From: Oikopleura dioica | Lineage: Eukaryota > Animalia > Chordata | Assembly: GCA_907165135.1 (NCBI GenBank) | Contig: OU015569.1 | Coordinates: 7,130,001 to 7,194,000, forward strand | Length of the DNA stretch: 64,000 nt | Direction: 5' to 3' | Shown here: positions 27,401 through 39,503 of the stretch, in pieces | Layout of the letters: each line of letters begins with the position of its first letter | Position numbering within the stretch: position 1 is the stretch's first letter | Notes under the pieces: model-generated | What the model was told of the DNA's origin: nothing | The model's database searches: none | What the model saw: only the letters and a program-made list of their open reading frames with translations | Program-made: the position numbers and the translations under genes

Positions 27401-28632
27401 AAGCTGGGGCTTTCGAAGCTTCTCTGCTCTATCTCAGAGGTATTTTGCCGTTCGCTAGAGGCGGAGTTCTCCTCTAGCATTTGCTTGAGCGTCACGTGCT
27501 CATTTTGAAGCTGGTAGTAAGCTTCTTTTAGCTCATCCATCTGCGATTCGAGAGCGCAGTACGCCGAGTCTCTGCACTTAACGCCTTCGTTGAGCTCATG
27601 AATGGTCGCCTCCAGCTTCGACTTCTCGACCACCCCATCGTTCACTTTTTCGATGAGCTGCGAAACACGAAGTCTAAAATTACACTTGTTAATCTACGAG
27701 AGAATATAACAAGTTTTTACCGCAGGACTTCGTTTTCCGTCCTAAGCTTCTTCAATTTAGCGGTATCTTCCTGGAGGCGGCTGTTCTCCTGACACAGACG
27801 AGTGTTGTCTTTTTGAAGAGACTCGTAATCGGAGATTTTCGCGAGCTGCCAAGTCTGCTTCTCAATCCGCTCCTGAAGATTCGCGTAGCTTTTATCCGCC
27901 TTCTCGCGACCCTGCAGAAGCTCTTCGTTGTAGCGCTCTGCGTCTCTCAGGCAATTATTCTTGATATAGAGCTTCTGCTCAAGCTCAGTGCAGCGCGAGC
28001 ATGGTGCGCGACGATTTGGTGAGTCCAGCATTCCTCCGCCGCCGGAAATGTTCAGGATCTTAAAAATAGTCGGTAAGTTACCAGAAGAGTTGATCGAGCA
28101 TTACCTGCTCACTGAGCGACAGTCGACGACCGTGTTCAATCGACACGTTTAGGGAGTCGCTCGGCACAACCGACTTGGGAGTAGCCCCGTGGCCGAACAG
28201 TGAACCGATGACGCTCACGATCTCTCTCTCGCCCAGGCTAGAGGACTTTGAGAAGCTTTCCATCTTCTCAGAGATGGTCCTGATGAAGGTCTGGCAAGTT
28301 TCCTGGCCGACAGAAGCCATCGCGGCGGAGAGAATGACGGGGATGAGTCCGATCTCTGATCGCTCGGCACGACTGTAGAGATCGTGCCACTCTTGCACGT
28401 GAGCTGGCATCACCAATCGTCCAAGGTCTGTCCATAAGCAAAGCGATCGTTTAAGCTCGCTTAGGTGTTTGCCCATGAACGACCTAGAATTTCCTTGAAT
28501 GAATTTATGATCTGATTCGACTTACCTTATCGCCTCAGTTTGTTTCTGACTGTCGCTGACGAACTCTTTGTCGTCGAGCCAGAAGACGATGTTGACGCAT
28601 ATATTCTGAATCAACCGCCTGTCAATCGACAT
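24412..28632 (-). CDS. NUMA1: NuMA-like spindle coiled-coil protein
   Basis: Globular helical N-terminus, long heptad coiled coil (25573-26703 and upstream exons), and C-terminal QRNKLQPAHLRSSYPVE resembling the NuMA motif QRNRVCPPHLKTCYPLE, then a basic tail with a TP site. Start codon uncertain. Confidence 0.7.
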
Positions 28633-29097
28633 CTTGAACCGATTTCTAAATGGAAATTTGCTTAAAAAGTAGTGTCTACATGATCAAAATGAAAAACAGC
28701 GAAAATAAAAAGGTGCGTGTCGTATTGCAGAAATCTCACGAGTGGCGGTTTTTTGCGAAATTTTCCGGGCGTAACCGGCGCTCGTGCTCGATTTTAATCT
28801 AAAATTTGAAAAATAGACAGCTAACTCGTGTGAACTCAAGTTCAAAAACAAAGATGGCCTTATTGATAGCAATCCCAACCGAAATAAAAATGAAATTCCT
28901 CACTTTGGGGGTAAAAAACGGATAGATGTCTTTGGTGGCGTTTATTCAAATCAAAAACCCGTGTTAAACTAATTAAGTTTGACAAATGCGCCTAAATATT
29001 TTTAAATAATCAGAATGCATAAGTTGTCGCCCCAGCGCTTTAATCTTTCACGTTTCCGAAATGAAATCATTCATTTGCGCATAAACTCACTAGCGAA

Positions 29098-30263
29098 ATG
29101 AAACGTCTTATCATCCTTTTCGACATATTCATTTCCTTCTCGACAGGTATTTGAGAGATTTCGCCTTGAAAATTGCAATTCATTTGAAAAATTAGCCCAG
29201 AGAATCGACTTTGAACCGTCTAAATTCGAAAGAGGAGTCTTGGAAGTGGAAGATGCATTGAATACGTACACTGACTTGAGCCAGGCCGACATTGCGTTTA
29301 TGCTTTCGAAACAGTTCAATTACACGAATTTCCTCGCCAACCACATCGTCGATGGTTTTTTCATCAACTTCAAGGAGAAATGGCAGATGAAAATGGTTTT
29401 GAAAAAGAAAGCTGATAAAGGCAAAATTAAGCACTTCACTGGGAAGGGGTTTGATGCAAACGGCGAACATTTTGATGTTACCAACGGAACTATCATGGAG
29501 TCAGGAACGAGTCCAGTTATTATCAGTCAGGTGTTCAAAGGAAAACATTAGGAAAACTCGTAACAGGACACTGGACGTTCATCAAGAGCTACAACGGAAG
29601 AGGGCCAGAAGGATGGGTTCACGAGTGGCGCTACGCCGGGCAGATGAACGGTAAAATTTGGCACGGCGGTTTCCAAAAAGTGGAAAAAGCCTTCGACGAG
29701 ATGTTTATCGCGCAAACCTTTTTCTACGAAAACTCAACGGCTTTCGATTACCCGCCAAAAGGTATTGAATCTTTGATTGTTTCTGTTTGAAAGATCTAAT
29801 TACTAATAGTGCAACCTCACAAATTATCAGCCACAACTGTCTCAAGACCATTTAACTTGTGCAAGGAGAAAATAAGTGAGTACAGTCAGGGAGTTCTTTC
29901 CGATATAAGTTCCGCAAGAGAAAAGAGACGAGTCCAAAATTGGTCCAGCAAATTGACGGGAATCATGGAGAACATGTTTGATGGTGTCAATTCTAATGGA
30001 TTTCACATTGATATGCTTTCACAAGTTCGAAAAGGAATGGCGAATAGGTAAGTGTGCATTTGATAGCAATTCTTATATTAATAAAAAGGGTTGGGGCGAA
30101 TGTCGACGATTTGGCTCGAGTGTGCTTTCGACGGGTGGTCCAACATAGATTCAAGAAAAAAGGAAACGGCGGAAAACACTTGATAACAAGAGCACGAAGA
30201 CTGCTGAAGCAACTCTGTTCAAAAACAGCTTCCAATGGAGCGCCTGAGTGTAAAAGACTGTAA
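29098..30263 (+). CDS. uncharacterised probably secreted protein
   Basis: MKRLIILFDIFISFST signal-like exon, then spliced exons (HFTGKGFDANGEHFDVTNG; YNGRGPEGWVHEWRYAGQMNGKIWHGGF) with GT-AG junctions, ending ECKRL-stop. Confidence 0.6.
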
Positions 30264-30344
30264 ATAAAATGAGTTTGAGGGAACTAGGGGTGTTTATTTG
30301 AAGACTACTGCTAAAATGGAACTAAAGTGAAGATCTAAGTAGGT

Positions 30345-31692
30345 TTATTCTGTTTTTTTCTTCTGTGCGTCGGAGTGGTAGAGGACCACGAAGGACATGA
30401 GTCCCACGCCGGCCATCATCGAAAAGGCCGAGAAGTAGTAAGGATACGCGGTGGAGATGAAACGCTCATATTGATTGTGGCGGAGTGGTCGGACAGATAC
30501 CTTCAACGATCATTTTAAGTGCATTTGCAAGGTTCTTACCTGGACGTGGTTGACGATTTCGGTGTATCCGAGACGCTTGTAATTCGTTCTAAACTGGAAA
30601 ACTCCGTAAACATCGGGCAACTTGAAGTCGACGGACATAACGCCATTTTTGTTCTGAAGTCGTTTTCGGACGAAAGGATCCAGCCGGTGGAAATCAAGGA
30701 ACATGTCGGTCCCTTGGAAGGGCACCCACTTTCCTTCGACGAGTTCCTCAACAGTGAGCTCGTAGTGAACATCTTCCATGATCGTGTAAAACTCGGGCGA
30801 TTTAGTTTCTCCGACAAGATGGTGCTTGACATTTGACTCGCGGAGAACGCCGCGGCATTTCATCGCCCAAAGAAGAATGTTCGTCGCCGTCTCCGAGTTT
30901 TGGAACATTTTTAGAGAACCAGCAATTACGACACGCGCATTGTTTCGAGCTTGAAGCCCGGCGACGAGAACGATGTTCTTTCCTGAGAAAATTTTTAGTA
31001 ATTGTATCTGAAAAAGTACAGTACCTAAAACCATAGGATATTCGGAAATGGGCTCATTGGGATACCAAGAATAGGCGGTAGGGGCTGCCCATGCGATAGG
31101 GAAGACAAGCTTGTTTGCTGCATCGAGTTTCATGCCCACTCCTTCAAAGGTCAACGCTTCCGAAACCGGTCCAGTGATGATTTCCGCGGGAACGAACTGT
31201 TTCGCCTCAACCAAAAAAGCGGTGTGATCCCCACTGTCTTCCTTCTCGTTGACATTCAAGTGATCAATGACTTGGGTGCCAGCTTCGTCGAGTTCTACTC
31301 CGATCTCAGCCGCTGTCTCTCGAATCGCGTCTCCCACAGTGTTGCCGGCAGCGATAAAAACATTTCCTCCGTTATCAACAAACTCGACAATTGCCTTAAA
31401 ACGTTCTCAAATTCTGAAATAAAAAGGAAAAACTTACAGCTGAGTTGATTTTGCCGCCAAATTCGTCCACTGAAGGGGCGAGAACAATGAGACCCTTGTA
31501 AAGGTTCACTCCATAACGAGTTAACTCCAGGCTCGCATCATCGGCTTGCTTAAAGACGAGCTCGTATCCTTGATCTGCTAGTGGAGCCAAGGTCGCACGA
31601 TGGGTTACTTTCACCCGCGAATTCTCGTAAAGAACGAGTAGCTTATCCGCTGCCGACGCTACTATCACCAACAGTGACAACAGAAATTTCAT
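30345..31692 (-). CDS. DDOST: oligosaccharyltransferase 48-kDa subunit (OST48/WBP1)
   Basis: Signal peptide; APSVDEFGG; [15 protein letters not shown]; [12 protein letters not shown]; [17 protein letters not shown]; TM segment and KKKTE ER-retrieval tail. Confidence 0.97.
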
Positions 31693-32250
31693 TCTGAATC
31701 GAAACTTTACTAGCGTAGAGATATATTTAAAAAAAAACGTAGCAATTTAACCTAATCAAAGATAACAAACAATTCCTGACTGAAATTTAATAGATCTTCT
31801 CTAATTCCGATAAGTGATACTCTTCTGAAAGCTGGGAGAAGCTCAAAACGGAGATAATCTGTTGAATTTGTCTCCCAAACGGCGCGCTGGGAAATTTCGA
31901 TTGGTCGCCCTCTTTTTTTCCTTTGAGCTTGAGCGCGCGGACCGAACTACTACGTCATCGATCCGTAGAGACTGCCCCTCTCCCTCTTCTTCATCCCCTT
32001 TCTTTAGGCAAATATCTTATTCTTAAACCAAATTCTTAGATAATAAAAAAAGTTTTCTTTTTATTTACTTACGTTCTGCCCTAAAAGGCGAAAACAGAGA
32101 AAGCATTCTTCTATTCGCACAGAAATATTTTATAGGTCAACTTCATAAAATAGAAATCAAATACTATGCAGCAGAAAAATTATAAATTTTTGCAGACTGT
32201 CAAAAGCGGGAGTTGATGCAGATGATAAACGAAAAACACCTTTAAATGCA
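31693..32250. promoter_or_regulatory. probable bidirectional promoter region between DDOST and tankyrase
   Basis: 560-bp head-to-head intergenic with a GC-richer core (31880-31980) and a pyrimidine tract CCCCTCTCCCTCTTCTTCATCCCC; function inferred from gene layout only. Confidence 0.4.
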
Positions 32251-35200
32251 ATGTGGGAGAGCCCAAAGGCCTCCCCTGGAATTAATAACTACTGGCCTAG
32301 GTGAGCGTCTAGCCGAAGCGTTACTATTATTGATTATTTTTAGCCTACAAAGACCTTCTGTCGCCGACTTCCGCGACTCCGTAGCAACATGCCAGGATCG
32401 AGAGCTTTGGGAAGCGTGCAGATCGGGCAATCTAAACCGAGTTCGTGAGCTCATTTCGATTCATGGGAATTCTATCAACGCTCGCGATGCAGACGGACGT
32501 CGATCTACTCCCTTGCACTTTGCTGCTGGTTTCGGTCGGAAGGAAGTTGTCGAGTATCTGCTCGAAACAGGCGGAGACGTAGGCGCCACTGACGAGGGAG
32601 GACTCATCTCGCTCCACAATGCTTGCTCCTTTGGCCACGCGGATGTTGTTCGCATGCTCATTGAAGCTAAGTCCGACGTGAATACGCAAGACCGTTGGGG
32701 CTGGACTTCTCTTCACGAAGCCGCCATCAAAGGAAAAGCGGATGTGTGCATCTTACTTCTTCAAGCCGGTGCCGATTGGAATGTTAGTAACTCTGATGGT
32801 AAAATGCCATTGGAAGTTGCTGAAGGCCCCGCTCGTCTTGTTCTCAAAGGTGAATACAAAAGGATGAGCTTCTCGAATCTGCAAGAATCGGCAGCGAAGA
32901 GCGGTTCGTGCAGCTCCTCACCCCGATAAATGTTAATATTACCGCAACAGACGGGCGAAAATCGTCTCCGCTTCACCTTGCTGCTGGTTATAATCGCGTG
33001 CGGATCGTTGAAATATTGCTCAAGCAGTCTTGCTTCACTGGTCGCCATTGGCCGATGGCCGATGTTCTCGCCAAGGATAAAGGTGGACTGGTGCCCCTCC
33101 ACAATGCATGTAGTTATGGGCACATAGACGTCGTCAATATTCTTCTCAAGGCAGGAGCTGACCCGAATACATGTGATCTGTGGCAGTTTACTCCCCTCCA
33201 CGAGGCTTCGAACAAAGGACGCCACGAGGTTTGTTCGCTACTGATAGCTTACGGTGCTGACCCCCACCTCAACAACTGCCACGGAAAGAATTCGATCGAG
33301 TGCGCCGCCTCCAAAGAACTAGCCGACAAAATCTTACGAGAGTACAGCTTCATCGAGCTAATTGACGCGTGTAAGCAAGGCAATATAAGTCGCATGAAGA
33401 AGCTGCTTACACCTGAGCTTATAAATTTCGCGCACATAGTAAGTGGCGAGACCCCTTTGATGATCGCTGTCACTTGTCCCTTTGCAAAACGTCGCCAAGT
33501 GGTAGAAAGTCTTTTGAAGAAGGGAGCTGGAGTTCAAATTCAAAGCAAAGACGGCTCCACCGCGCTTCATTATGCAGCGACTTTTGGACACATTGATGCC
33601 GCCGAGTTGCTAGTCAGGCACAACGCGCAAATGTCGATAAAAGATTGTGTCGGTGACACACCACTCCATCGTGCCGTGAAGCACCAGCACGCTGGAATCT
33701 ACCACTTATTCATTTCGAACGGAGGCGACCCCAACATTCAGAACAATGACGGTTTGACGCCAATCGATTTGGGTAGTCAAGCGTTGCCCAGCCACTCAAT
33801 CAATTTGCCTTCCAACGATAGCAATAAAGTGTTCCTCGAGGCTGCGAAATCTGGCGATTTGGATCAAGTAAAGCGACTTTGCAATCCAAGCACGGTTAAT
33901 TGTCGCGACGTCGAAGGTAGACATTCAACCCCCTTCACTTTGCAGCCGGTTATAATCGAGTTCAAATCGTCGAATATCTTCTTAGTCAAGGTGCAGAGGT
34001 CCAAGCAAAAGATAAAGGTGGTCTCGTCCCGTTACATAACGCTTGTAGTTACGGACACTACGATGTCGTTGTCATTTTGGTCCAAGCGGGTGCAAATGTC
34101 AACACAGCGGATCTGTGGAAATATACTCCAGTTCACGAAGCAGCTTCCAAGGAATTGTTCCAATGGTTTTTAAATAGCTTATTATTGACAATATTTGTTG
34201 TATCCCTTTGGTGACTATATTTTGAAGAACATTGAAAGGGCAAATACGATATATGCAAGCTTTTGATGAAAAATGGGGCTGACCCGAATAAAAAGAACCG
34301 AGACGGACAGTCACCATTGGACGTTGCTAAGGATTCTGACATAAAAGACATCTTGCTGGGTGACGCAGCAGTGCTAGATGCAGCGAAATCAGGAAGTGTT
34401 GCTCGAATACAGAAACTTCTGACGGCGGAGAACGTTAACTGCCGTGATACGCATGGGCGAAATTCCACACCCCTTCACTTGGCAGCTGGCTATAACAATA
34501 TCGGTGAGCTTGAGCCCTTGTTAGCTGCAAGAGTAAATTTATAAGTTGAATTCAGAAGTCGCGGAGATTTTAATCGAATACGGTGCGGATGTCAATGCTG
34601 AAGACAGAGGAGGATTGATACCTCTTCATAATGCCGCTTCATACGGACATGTTGAAATCGCACAAGTGCTCCTGAAGCATGGAAGTCACGTCAATGCGAA
34701 TGATAGATGGCAATTCACGCCACTTCACGAAGCAGCGCAGAAAGGCAGGACCCAGCTATGTGCACTTTTGCTTTCTCACGGAGCCGATCCTTACGTCAAG
34801 AATCAAGAAGGACAGACGACGATAGAGGTCGCTTCACAGGATGATGTTCGGTGTCTTCTCAGGTAGAGCGTTACAATCAAACTTGGAAATAATCGGTTTA
34901 GGGATGCAATGTGGCAAGGTGAGCCAAATCAAACTCCAGAATCTCAGCGCGAATCGACTGAAGACAAAGATCCTCCTTCACAAACACTTGGTAAGAGTCT
35001 ACTTAGGATCTATGTCTAACAAATGCCAAAAGCTGCTAACTTGGAGGCGATGAAAAATTTCCTGGCCGGAACTGAGTTTGAAAAGTATATTGCCCTGTTC
35101 GAGCAGGAAGAGATAACACTGGACGTTCTCGCGGAAATCAGCCACGATGAGCTCAAAAATCTTGGTATAAAAGCTTATGGGCATCGACATCGACTCCTTA

Positions 35201-36067
35201 GAGCAGTTCGCAAGCAGTGCTCTGGTCCTGACAGCTCTATTATTCAAGGTACTTGATAAGTAATGGGATTGTCCGATTTCAACTCAATCTAGCTAACCAG
35301 CCTGTCGTGACACTCCAGGACTTGGACGAAGAGATGGCTGAGTATCAGTCCGTGTATGACGAAATGCAACAAACTATACGAGAACACAAGGATTTCGGTG
35401 CCGCTGGCGGAATTTATCAATCTTTTAAAATTTGTTCGATTCAAAAAGTGAAGAATCCTCGTTTGTGGATTCGCTACGAGCGGAGGTACGTAACTGCTAT
35501 TAATCGCTGTTGCATTATTTGATTCCACAGAAAAGACGAGGTGAAGGAAGAAAACTACGGCTCGGCAAATGAACGAATGCTTTTCCATGGTTCGCCTTTT
35601 ATTCAAGCTATAATACAGAAAGGATTCGACGAGCGGCACGCCTAGTAAGCTCTTCCAATAAAAGCAAATCATATTGGTTTCCTTTAGTATCGGTGGGATG
35701 TTCGGCGCGGGTATTTATTTTGCAGAAAATTCTTCCAAGTCTAACCAATATGTCTGGGGAATCGGAGGTGGAACTGGATGTCATGAACACAGAGACAAAA
35801 GCTGCTACGTATGCAAGAGGCAAATGCTGCTTTGTCGCGTTACCTTGGGCAAAAGTTTTCTTCAAACAAATGCTCAGAAGCTGGCGCATGCTCCTCCCGG
35901 TCACCACAGGTAAATTTTGCCAGACGATTGGTATTCTAACATTTTTAAGTGTCGTTGGTAAGCCTTCTATCGGCGGCCTTTGTCACCCGGAATACGTTAT
36001 CTATCGCGGCGAGCAATCTTATCCTGAGTATCTCATTACTTATCTCATTCAACCACAAGAGACCTAG
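32251..36067 (+). CDS. TNKS: tankyrase (PARP5)
   Basis: Five ankyrin repeat clusters ([31 protein letters not shown]), a SAM domain (35023-35250) and a PARP domain ([28 protein letters not shown]). Two single-base homopolymer frameshifts (about 32858, 33929). Confidence 0.97.
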
Positions 36068-36265
36068 AATCTATTTCAATTTACGTTTTCGTTGAGCCAC
36101 TTTGCTTTCAGCATTGAAAATGTGCCTATTTTTTTATTCTTTGTGACCATAACCAATATGTCGCCATACAGCTCGTTCCACCTTTCTTCAATAAACAAAA
36201 TATCAAAAATTATTCGTGAGCTTTGACGAAGTCCTTCTTAGAGAATATGACGTTTATATGAAAGT

Positions 36266-39200
36266 ATGAAAATATTAAAACCGGAATGGATAGTCGAGGA
36301 AAAGTCCCCGCTTATTTCATGCGACATTCATCCCGACGGCTCGAGAGTCGCTGTTGGAGGCTGCTCTGGCCAGGGAGGAGGCAAGATTCAAATATGGAAT
36401 ATGGCTCCGATCCTTTCAAAGAAAAAGGCAGATGATCCAACCTGCCCTAAACTTTTGTGCGCAATGTTCAACCACATGGCTTGCGTGAATGTCGTCCGCT
36501 GGACATTGTCTGGCAAATATTTGGCATCAGGCGGCGATGATCGTCTCATCATGATTTGGATTTTCGCGGGAAAGTCGAAAAAGGACGGCGTCGAGGAAGA
36601 AAACTGGAAATGCTTACATCGATTGCAAGGTAGACCGACAAAAGCCGACCTCTCAGCTAGAATGTGTTAAGGACATGACGCGGATGTTATCGATTTAGCT
36701 TGGAATCGGAACGACAAATATCTAGCTTCTGGGTCATTAGACAATTCTATAATCATTTGGGATGTTGATAACAAGTTTAACCAGATTCAAAGATTACGTG
36801 GCCACACGAACTTTGTTAAGGGCGTTACTTGGGACCCCGTTGGAAACTATCTCGCATCCCAAGGTATTCAATCTAGCATAAATTGAAGCCGATTATTTCT
36901 CAAGGAGCCGACGGAACTGTCAGAATTTGGAGTACAATAAGTTGGAAGGAAGAGAAATCAGTTTCAGGGCCCTTTAAAGACTCCATGAATGGACATGTGA
37001 TGAGAATATCATGGAGTCCAGATGGTTTCTATCTTCTCGCGGGCTCTGCGGTGAACAATGGGGCTCCGACGGGACAAGTAATTAGCCGAAAATGGATCAC
37101 GACGTTCGACTTAGTCGGTCACCGAAAATCAGTTTCTTGCGTTCGTTTCGCTCCCACTTGTCGAGATACTCCCCCGAGCTTGAATATGCGCACTAATAGA
37201 GTAAAGACGCCGGTCTGCGCTGTAGGCTCTCGCGATTGCTCAATATCTGTTTGGATGACCTCGCTCCTTCGGCCTATAATGGTTGTTCACGATATTTTCG
37301 ACGACTCCATTCTCGATCTTTCTTGGGACTCTTCTGGGCTGATCCTCGCGGCTACAAGTTGGGATGGTGCCGCAGCTTTTCTTCACTTCAGGGAAGACGA
37401 ATTGGGTTCGCAAATCTCCTACGCTGATATGAATAAAATGCTTGAAGGTGTGTATTTTCCGGCAGACTAGTGAAATCATCTTTTTTAAAGAACATTACGG
37501 TTCAACCGCTCAAGATCTTCGAGATATTATTATTGAAAATCCGGCTTTAATACACCTGGCGCAAAACGGAAATAAACCCGTGATGCAAGAAGTCCAGCGC
37601 GGACCAACAAAACAAATCGGTATCCCAATTACTATTCGCCTTAGCGTTATCATTATTGTTCAGAAGTCAAGCGCAAGGATGGCAAGAAACGAATCACTCC
37701 TGCTTTTGTCACTGGGATATCAGCGAGTTCTGTCAAACCTTTTGGTAATCCCACTACGCCACAGAAAAAGGTGAAACACTCTTTGATATTTCATCGTTTA
37801 TCTAAATTGTTCAGGCAACAAATCCTCCAAATGTGTCCTCTTCCGTCAAAAGTGTTTCCAAGGACGATTCGAAAAAGGTTCCCGAAGAAGAGAACAAAGA
37901 AAACATTATCGTCAAACACGCCGACAAAAATACTGAAGCTACTGCCGATAACTTAGCTAAAGAGAAAACCACCAAAAAGAAAGAGGATCAGCTGGAAGAT
38001 CTCATGTCGTCAAGGCTTGAAAAGGCCAACGATAAAATCATTCCAAAAACAATTGCGAAAGAAGCACCACTAGCGTTAAAAGAAAAGCTGAAGGAGAAAC
38101 CAAAAGAAAAAATCGAAGTCAGCTTGCCAAGTTTTAACCGGCCAGCCAAAGAAGACGTCACAGAAGAAAAAGTTCGAGGGAAAAAGGGACGCAAGAAGAG
38201 AGGTGAGCCAGAAAAGATTTCTGAAACAAGCGACCCAAAAAAGAGTGATAATGAAAAGGATGAATCTAAAAAACAAAAAGATTTGAAGAAAGAAGATTCT
38301 GACGAAGAAATAGTTTCGCGTAAAAAATTACCAGGCATCACTCCGAATCCTAGCGAGATCAAAGCAGCTTTGAGCTCACTTCAACTGCGTATTTTTTGCG
38401 AAGACGGGCGAACGATCATTGCTGATGAAAAATCAACATGGAAATCTGTTATTGATGGGTCCATTGTCGCGCTCGATGTTTATAAAAGCAAAATAATTCT
38501 TTGCACGCTAGAAGGCGAACTGGTCTTTCTTTCGAATGATAGTGGAAGGCGTAGCGATCTCACTGAGTATATCGGTTCAATACATTCATTTGCTCTTTTT
38601 GAGAACATGATGCTTTTGTCAACAGTTGACGGAACGTTGTATCTGAGAGATCTTGATCAAAAGCTACCTGACGTACGAGCAGAACTTGGTTGTATTCCAA
38701 ATCCTCGTGAAGTTTGGGTAATAATTATCTTCAGCGATAAGTTAAAATAAATAAATTATTTTAGTACTCAAAGAGGCTCAACGCTATTAACATATCTACC
38801 GAAAGCGGTAATGTTATGCAATGGAACGAAAAGTCGCATCGCTGGTATGTCGTCCACAAGGCAGCGTCGTTCGTCTATAGTCGGACCCTTTTCAATGATC
38901 CGGAAATACAAACGCACCTAGAAGATCAGCATCGTCAACCTGCATATGCGACTGGAAAACATTGTATGCGCTAAGAAGTTCTAAAAAGCTCGTTTTGAAG
39001 CTCTTTTTAGTAAGCGAACTTCTCGCTGCAGGATATGAAGAAGATCTAAATCTCGCGATCAAAAACGACGATCCTAATCATTATAGACAGGGCCTTATTC
39101 AGTATGCCGCGCATATATCTCAACATAATATGCGCCCACGACTGAAAGAAGTAGGTTATTGCTAAAATACCAATATCTAAAGTGAATTCCAGCTCTGCGA

Positions 39201-39393
39201 TTTTCTTCTTGGACCAGTTCACCAGTCAGAAAGTGATTGGGAACCAAATATTATTGGGCTCTCCAAGCGAGTACTTCTCCGCGATATACTAAATACAATT
39301 CAATCCAACATTGCCTTACAAAGACTGTATTCCGAGTATGATGAGCTGCTTGATGTTTGCAATGAAGTAGAAAGTGAAGTCATGAGTGAATAA
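36266..39393 (+). CDS. HIRA: histone chaperone HIRA
   Basis: MKILKPEW start, WD40 repeats (SCDIHPDG, HMACVNVVRW, GVTWDPVGNYLAS), B motif KDGKKRITP, a charged linker and a C-terminal Hira-domain-like region. Confidence 0.95.
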
Positions 39394-39503
39394 GTAGTCA
39401 TCAAATTATCTTCATCATTAAACCTGATCCAACACTGCCTTTACTTTTCTTGAAAGCTTGACTCTAAACATGATTTTTGCATTCTCATTTGCACGCTTTC
39501 AGA

